Source: Asterionella formosa (Eukaryota). From it: a DNA stretch of 40,825 nucleotides. Numbering within the stretch: position 1 is the stretch's first letter; every line of letters begins with the position of its first letter. A program made the position numbers and the translations under genes. Below are positions 34,300 through 40,825 of this stretch, in pieces. Location: contig NKIB01014752.1 of NCBI GenBank assembly GCA_002256025.1, positions 1-40,825 on the forward strand, read 5' to 3'. The notes beneath the pieces were generated by a model. It made no database searches, had not been told where the DNA came from, and worked only from the letters and a program-made list of their open reading frames with translations.

Positions 34300-35000
34300 G
34301 ACTCATGCTCAAAACTAGACTCAAAGGATCATGACTTGCCTGATTTGGGCGATAAAAAAATTCTTTTTCCCAGACATACTCAATGCCCTTGCCAGCACTT
34401 TGGCTTCAAGACAACCTTGACCCCGGTTTTTTTCGCATGCTCCATCATACCTTCTTGATTAATGAATTTGAGACATATTGATATCAGGTGGCGTAGGGGG
34501 GTTGTAGATAGATCATTTGTATTCCTTGCTTTTTCTGGTAAGTTTATGTTTGTCAACATTATTGGGGTTGATCCATCCTTGTTCCCACAAAACCTGCAAT
34601 AATCCCTTCGCTTTTCCCTCCCAACCTCCCTTTTTCTTTTGAAATTGTCTTGTTGCTTGTATTTGTTTATTTTTCAGAGAATTATTAGTTCCCCTTTTGT
34701 TTTTTCCTTGGTTGTTGACACCCCCCACCCCCCTCCTGGCATCGATTTCTGGAGGTTTTGGTTGGCAGCATAGTCCAATCAAAAATCAACCAATCATGGC
34801 GGCTGTTTTCCGTTTTCATTTGTGACATCCAGAAGGTTACGCGATCGCTGGGAAGAAAAATTTGGCTCTGTGTTTGCCACTTTTCAAGAATACATCCGAA
34901 TGGCCCAAGATAGCCATTGGATTGTTCAAAAATCAACATATCTCTGATTGGTGGTGCTTTCCCTGTATAGCTTTTGTTCATGCAGGCGTCACTCAATCCA
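34300..35000 (-). mobile_element. Degenerate DDE transposase (IS630-Tc1-mariner-like) fragment
   Basis: 'GWEGKAKGLLQVLWEQGWINP' and downstream 'VKVVLKPKC...AGKGIEYVWE' (~34420-34365) match the KGxxQVLxERG and PKxHxELAGEGIEYxW pattern; stops and frameshifts throughout. Confidence 0.65.
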
Positions 35001-35289
35001 TCCGGTCTTTGATTTTAATGGCCAGTCGAGTTATCAAAGATTAAAACGAAATGGCATGTAGAATGCATAACTTTCAGAACATCAATTGCATCTTCAAACT
35101 GCTTTAGAACCATGTGGCTATGAATTGGTTCTGTAGCCTTCGTTGTTCTCTCCATACTCAAAGTACGCTAAGAAGAAGGGACTTGTAGTAAATGGACTTT
35201 TATAAATAGAATCATAGAGTTCCATAGAAGCATCGTTATCAGCATAACTTGAACCTAGTTTTAGAGTTTTTACTGCTAATAAGATAATT

Positions 35290-35940
35290 TCGTCAATTTG
35301 TTTGACATTGCTCGTCTAGAAATGATCCCATTTTTTTGACCGGAGCAAACAGCTTCCTTGCATCACCTGAACTCCAATAATCTGCAGCTAAAATATCAAA
35401 TGGGGCGGTTGGTTGTAAATTTTGAACTTGTGCTGCATCATTTTGTCGTTCCGCTTGATATTCATCTGAAATTCCAACTGGCGCCAATTTCCGTTTATCT
35501 GTTCCTGAAATTTTGATGTCACAAGTTTCATTGCCTCTCCTGCCCCCTATTCTCTGCACTCAGAAAGAATCTTCCCAATCTTTTGAAAAACGTTGGTTCT
35601 ATTCCTCCTTGCTTAGAAAAATAAATAAAGTGCCGGCAAGGACTTTTCACATGATGACCATGATGGAACAGGTTGATTGTTTCTCCTGTCTTGAGGGCAA
35701 TGCTGTTTGCCATTCTCCCAGTTTTGGGATAGCTCTTGTCGATAACTTTGTTTAGAAAACCTTCGCTGAAACCAATGTCATCTTGAACATTGAAAATTAA
35801 TCGCACATGTGCGCACAATAGCTCGATGGGTAGTCACCGATCATGAAGGGAGGTATTTGTGCCGACCAACATGAAAAATGTCCGAATAAGCGATTTTGGT
35901 TGGGACTGCTGCTTATCTTTGACGTTTCCACTCATCATAT
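35290..35940 (-). mobile_element. Decayed TE-like coding region, possibly the N-terminal part of the adjacent transposase
   Basis: Interrupted frames 'NTSLHDR*LPIELLCAHVRLIFNVQDDIGFSEGFLNKVIDKSY' and 'YWSSGDARKLFAP', co-oriented with and upstream of the 34300-35000 relic. Confidence 0.4.
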
Positions 35941-36923
35941 GAATAATAAGAATTTTGGCAGTCGAAGAAGCAGATGAACGCGACGACAACAAGAGAAAAG
36001 CAAGAATGAATGAGCGCCATCGTGGTGATCGGCATTTAGCAAGGCAAATATCGCGCAAAAAGAAAATAGCTAATATCATAGGGTTATCGTTGATGAACAT
36101 AATATTATAGGCAGTAGGCCTGTTATTAACACAGGGCATGGTAATATGCATACCTCGGGTTTTTTTACGATGCATTATTATTACCCAACACCCCATAAAG
36201 CAAGAATAAAACATATATTTATACCTTCATACCGATAAACACACGTGGCTGTCCATGGGAATACCGGCATTCCATAATGTGTACTTTCTGTTCTTGTGCT
36301 TGTGAGCGAAAATAAAAGTTTCACCATGTGCGTCAAAATGGGTAAATATTGTAAACCATCAGCTGCGAGGTGTGCGTGGTAGTGGTGAGTTCGCAACAAA
36401 ATTGATGCTAATAATGTATAATTTCTACCATTATACATGGTTCCCCATGGGGATAAATTATTTGTGAATCTTTGACGTGAAGCAAGCTATAGGAATAGTC
36501 CATATTATGTACTTAGTGTTCTCGTCCTTGTGAAAATATAAGTTTCAAGTGCGTCAAAATGTGCAAATATTGTGAACTAGCTACCGGTAGGTGCGTGGTG
36601 CCGACTTGGCAACAAAATTGATGCCAAAAAAATCTACCATTATACATGGTTCCCCCTTGCGGATAAAATATTAGTGACTCATTGATGTGAGGAAATAACA
36701 AAAAGTAACAGCGAACAAATTTCCACAATTTTCTCACAATATCATCGATATCAAATTTGATAACATTCAAATTTGGGTTCTAGCTTTTGACTTCCGCAGT
36801 GCAGTTTTTCGAGGTACGAGTCAGGCAGAAGCAACAATCAACTTGTGTGTTATAACATTTTCCTCCATTGAGCGTCACTAACAATTTATAATTAAAGCTG
36901 GGAAACACCGCAGCAAGTATCTC

Positions 36924-38122
36924 ATGACGAGAATCTTACAGGCCATCCTCCTCCTCTGTTGCATGGGATCATGTAACGCGATCCATAGCTCGCTTCGTGG
37001 AACTACCCTCCACCCAAAATCAGCTGCATTGAAATCAATGCATTCTGGAAAATCTTCCGAAAATGCCATTGGCTATTTCATGATGAAATCCAGCAGTCCT
37101 CCCAAGTCCACCGGTAAAGTTGCCGTGCATCCTATCACTATCATCAAAAAACCAATCACTCCAAGTTCATCCAGTTCTAATAATCAAAAAGATTTGGCAG
37201 ATTGGTCACTCACTCCCAGCAGCACTCCTAGCGTGGACCGTAATGCTAGCAAAGGATTCATCGATTTGATTCCAAGCTCATCTCCTTCTAATATTCCTAG
37301 CGGCGACCCTAGTATGTCACAACATGTTGCCAAAGGATTCATTGATGTGACTCCAAGCTCATCTCCTTCAAATGTTCCTAGCACTGCACCAACAAATACC
37401 AATTCTCTTCAGATGCGCCTAGCACATTACCAAGTATGTCACAAGCCCCTAGCACAACACCCATGAATAGTCAAACGGATTTGACACCGAGTTCATCTCC
37501 ATCTGTGGCTCCCGACAAGGCGCATAAGAATGGGCCTGAGCGGTCGAAATCTCCAAATGGAATTCCTAGCGCGGTTCCAAATGTTGCCAAAGGATTCATT
37601 GATGTGACTCCAAGTACATCTCCTTCGATCCCTTCCTGCAAAGAACCAACTACCAGCAAGGCGCATAAGAATGGAGCTGAATGGTCGAGATCTCCAAGTG
37701 GAAATCCTAGTGAGGTTCCAAATGTTGCCAAAACATTCATTGATGAGACTCCAAGCTCATCTCCTTCAAATGTTCCTAGCACTGCACCAACAAAATACCA
37801 ATTCTCTTCAGATGCGCCTAGCACATTACCAAGTATGTCACAAGCCCCTAGCACAACACCCACGAATAGTCAAACGTACTTGCCACCTAGTTCATCGCCT
37901 TCTGTTGCTCCCAGCAAGGCGCTTAAGAACTGGGCTGAGCGGTCGAGATCTCCAAGTGGAAATCCTAGCGTGGTTCCAAATGTTGCCAAAGGATTCATTG
38001 ATGTGACTCCAAGTTCACCTCCTTCTCATGTTTCAAGGAATGAACGCAGTAGATCCCATGCACCTAGTACGACGCCTAAGAAGAGTTCCACGGATAGGAC
38101 TTCAAGTTCTTTTCCGTTCTAA
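36924..38122 (+). CDS. Secreted Ser/Pro/Thr-rich modular repeat (mucin-like) protein, copy 1; contains a 1-nt frameshift at ~37394
   Basis: Signal peptide 'MTRILQAILLLCCMGSCNA' + 'SLRG'; repeats 'VAKGFIDVTPSSSPS'. 'ccaacaaatacc' at ~37390 versus 'ccaacaaaatacc' in the repeat at ~37788: adding one A joins ORFs 36924-37466 and 37436-38122 into ~399 aa. Confidence 0.75.
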
Positions 38123-39942
38123 GCACCAAATAAGGCTCCCAGTGATATTCGCCCGTTTGCATGAGACAATATTTCAATCGCATTTTCGTGAAATTACAAA
38201 TTGAAGCCATCATTTACATGTATTGTGTCTCCATCATTTACATGTATTGTGACTCCGGTGTTACTTTCATCGTTTGAAACCTTTAGCAACCAACATAGTT
38301 CCCTTATCCTTAAATATTCTAAAATAATTTTCTTTCTAGCTTCTTTTCGAGAGTTAGTTGATTGAAATTATTTTGTGACATTTCCTTCGTTCAATGGAAG
38401 TTGAATAAAGCTTTGTACCTGCTGTGACAAGCATATCAATCACGGTGTACATCCAGCGTATATTTTGAGAATTTCTCTAAAAACTGTCTTCGACGGTGAA
38501 GATTTCGGGAAAATTGGTCATACTTTTTGTAGCATGAGAATGAAAAATTTTTAAGTCATCCCCATCGCCGGGAATTATGTACGTCGTCCATGAGTGCGCG
38601 AGGTTTTCGGAATACCCGAAAGCATCCGATGCCATTGCTACTGAAACATTACGCGGTACTTGATTGGCACCACTGACACGGGAATCATCCTTGATGTATC
38701 GGCTCAGTGCTTTGTGGCTTAGGCCGATGTCGATTGTTGTGGGCTATGTGGGCCTAATGAGACGCTTGTTAGCGGCAATTTGACAGCCAAGTCGCGATCA
38801 GGATATTCAATCACTTATGCTTCATGCGTTGTGTAATGGGCTTTGCTAAGCTCCGAACCGATGTGCTGTTGTCCAAAATTTAGACTGAATATTGTTTGCT
38901 TGGAGTAAATCTCTAAAGGAGATAACATCTACCTTTTGATGCGACTTTCTGGGACGTGAAAGCTACTTACCGGTATTCGATTTTATCAATGAAAGTTCGG
39001 TAACCATCAGCGAATTGCGCGCAGTTCACACATCGCGAGGTCTGTTTTTTTTTCAATATAATTTTATGATGAGTTGCATTTCAGTTTTACCGGACACACA
39101 TGGACAATAACGTTGGTCAGATAATGATATGTAAACATACATACTTCTGGTATTTTTACAATGCATTATTATTATTCAACACCCTATATAGCCATAATCG
39201 CCATAATCATGTATGCACACCGGCATACCGTTAATCACATGTGGCTATATACATATAGGAATACCGGTGTCAACCCTGGATTCCATAGTGAGTACTTTCT
39301 GTTCTTGTGCTTGTGAGCGAAAATAAAAGTTTCACCATGTGCGTCAAAATGGGTAAATATTGTAAACCATCAGCTGCTAGGTGTTCGTGGTGGTGGTGAG
39401 TTCGCAACAAAATCGATGCTAATAATGTATAATTTCTACGAGTATACATGGTTCTCCATGGGGATAAATTATTTGTGAATCTTTGACGTGAAGCAAGCTA
39501 TAGGAACAGTCCATAATATGTACCAAGTCTTCTCGTCCTTGTGAAAATATAAGTTTCATGTGCGAAAATGTGCAAATATTGCGAACCAGCTACCGGTAGG
39601 TAAGTGGTGCCGACTTGGCAACAAAATTGATGAAAATAAAAAAAAAATTCTCCCATTATACCACATGGTTCCCCCTTGCGGATAAAATATTTGTGAATCA
39701 TTGATGTGAGGAAATAACAAAAAGTAACAGCGAACAAATTTCCACAATTTTCTCACAATATCATCGATATCAAATTTGATAACATTCAAATTTGGGTTCT
39801 AGCTTTTGACTTCCGCAGTGCAGTTTTTCGAGGTACGAGTCAGGCAGAAGCAGCACTCAACTTGTGTGTTGTATCACTTTCCTCGCTTGAACGACACTAA
39901 CAATTCATATTTGTAGCTGGGAAACACCGCAGCAAATATCTC

Positions 39943-40825
39943 ATGACGAGAATCTTACAGGCCATCTTCCTCCTATGTTACATTGGATCATGTAACGCGA
40001 TCAATAGCTCGCTTCGTGGAACTACCCTCCACCCAAAATCAGCTGCATTGAAATCAATGCATTCTGGAAAATCTTCCAAAAATGCCATTGGCCATTCTAT
40101 GATGAACTCCAAGAGTTCTCCCACGTCCAACGACAAAGTTGCCATGCATTCTAACACTAACATCAAAAAACCAGTCTCTCCAAGTACATCCAGTTCTAAT
40201 GATCATAAAAATTTGGCAGATTGGTCACTCACTCCCAACAGCACTCATAGCGAGGACCCAAATGATAACAAAGAATTCATCGATGTGGTTCCAAGCTCAT
40301 CTCCTTCTAACATTCCTAGCGGTGACCCTAGTATGTCACAACATGTTGCCAAAGGGTTCATTGATGTGACTCCAAGTTCATCTCCTTCTGCTGCTCCCAG
40401 CAAGGCGCACAGGAATGGGCATGATGAGTGGTCGAGATATCCAAGTGGCACTCCTAGCGAGAATCCAAACGTTGCTAAAGGGTTCATTGATGTGACTCCA
40501 AGTTCATCTCCTTCTGCTGCTCCCAACAATGCACCATCGAAATGCCAATTCTCTTCAGATGCGCCTAGCACATTACCCAATATGTGGCCAGCCCATAGCA
40601 CAACACCCACGAATAGTCAACCGGACTTGACACCGAGTTCATCTCCTTCTGCTGCTCCCAGCAAGGCGCACAGGAATGGGCATGATGAGTGGTCGAGATA
40701 TCCAAGTGGCACTCCTAGCGAGAATCCAAACGTTGCTAAAGGGTTCATTGATGTGACTCCAAGTTCATCTCCTTCTGCTGCTCCCAGCAAGGCGCACAGG
40801 AATGGGCATGATGAGTGGTCGAGAT
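39943..40825 (+). CDS. Secreted Ser/Pro/Thr-rich modular repeat protein, copy 2 (open to window end)
   Basis: ATG at 39943 (MTRILQAIFLLCYIGSCNAINSSLRG...), no stop to 40825. 42-aa unit GFIDVTPSSSPSAAPSKAHRNGHDEWSRYPSGTPSENPNVAK. Absent from the ORF track because it has no stop in the window. Confidence 0.8.
   Translation, partial: MTRILQAIFLLCYIGSCNAINSSLRGTTLHPKSAALKSMHSGKSSKNAIGHSMMNSKSSPTSNDKVAMHSNTNIKKPVSPSTSSSNDHKNLADWSLTPNSTHSEDPNDNKEFIDVVPSSSPSNIPSGDPSMSQHVAKGFIDVTPSSSPSAAPSKAHRNGHDEWSRYPSGTPSENPNVAKGFIDVTPSSSPSAAPNNAPSKCQFSSDAPSTLPNMWPAHSTTPTNSQPDLTPSSSPSAAPSKAHRNGHDEWSRYPSGTPSENPNVAKGFIDVTPSSSPSAAPSKAHRNGHDEWSR

Larger units (their letters stand above)
36150..40825 (+). repeat. Local tandem/segmental duplication (offset ~3.02 kb) covering ~0.75 kb upstream DNA plus the mucin-like gene
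   Basis: ~36150-37400 matches ~39140-40400; for example 'gaggaaataacaaaaagtaacagcgaacaaatttccacaattttctcacaatatcatcgatatcaaatttgataac' is identical at ~36689 and ~39708. Confidence 0.92.

Overview
Eukaryotic nuclear DNA, most likely a diatom: short GT-AG introns, a signal peptide plus 'SAA|F' plastid presequence on FNR, 'LRG' after signal peptides, and diatom-like TE relics. Intact genes: Qc-SNARE (871-1374 +), plastid ferredoxin-NADP+ reductase (2209-3537 +, 1 intron), BRCT-containing family X DNA polymerase (7706-10912 +), a 4-exon secreted M11/gametolysin-like metzincin fused to a Hedgehog-type Hint domain with a C-terminal hydrophobic anchor (13350-11002 -), a DUF4258-like/vWA/alpha-kinase (16683-14605 -), a small STI1/DP-repeat protein (20139-20611 +, 1 intron), 5-oxoprolinase (30104-26028 -, 1 intron), and two tandem copies of a secreted Ser/Pro/Thr modular-repeat protein (36924 + and 39943 +). 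Between them lie decayed Ty1/copia, DDE-transposon and probable LINE relics and a frameshifted STAND/COG3899-type pseudogene. Best candidates for new biology: (1) the protease-Hint fusion, predicted to release itself from a membrane tether, with Asn at the intein-terminal position; (2) a toxin-fold-like domain fused to a vWA alpha-kinase; (3) a PolX mixing lambda-like and mu/TdT-like features; (4) self-complementary (GGTACCW)n/TACCGGTA arrays upstream of most intact genes. All family assignments come from motif recognition by eye; no database searches were run.
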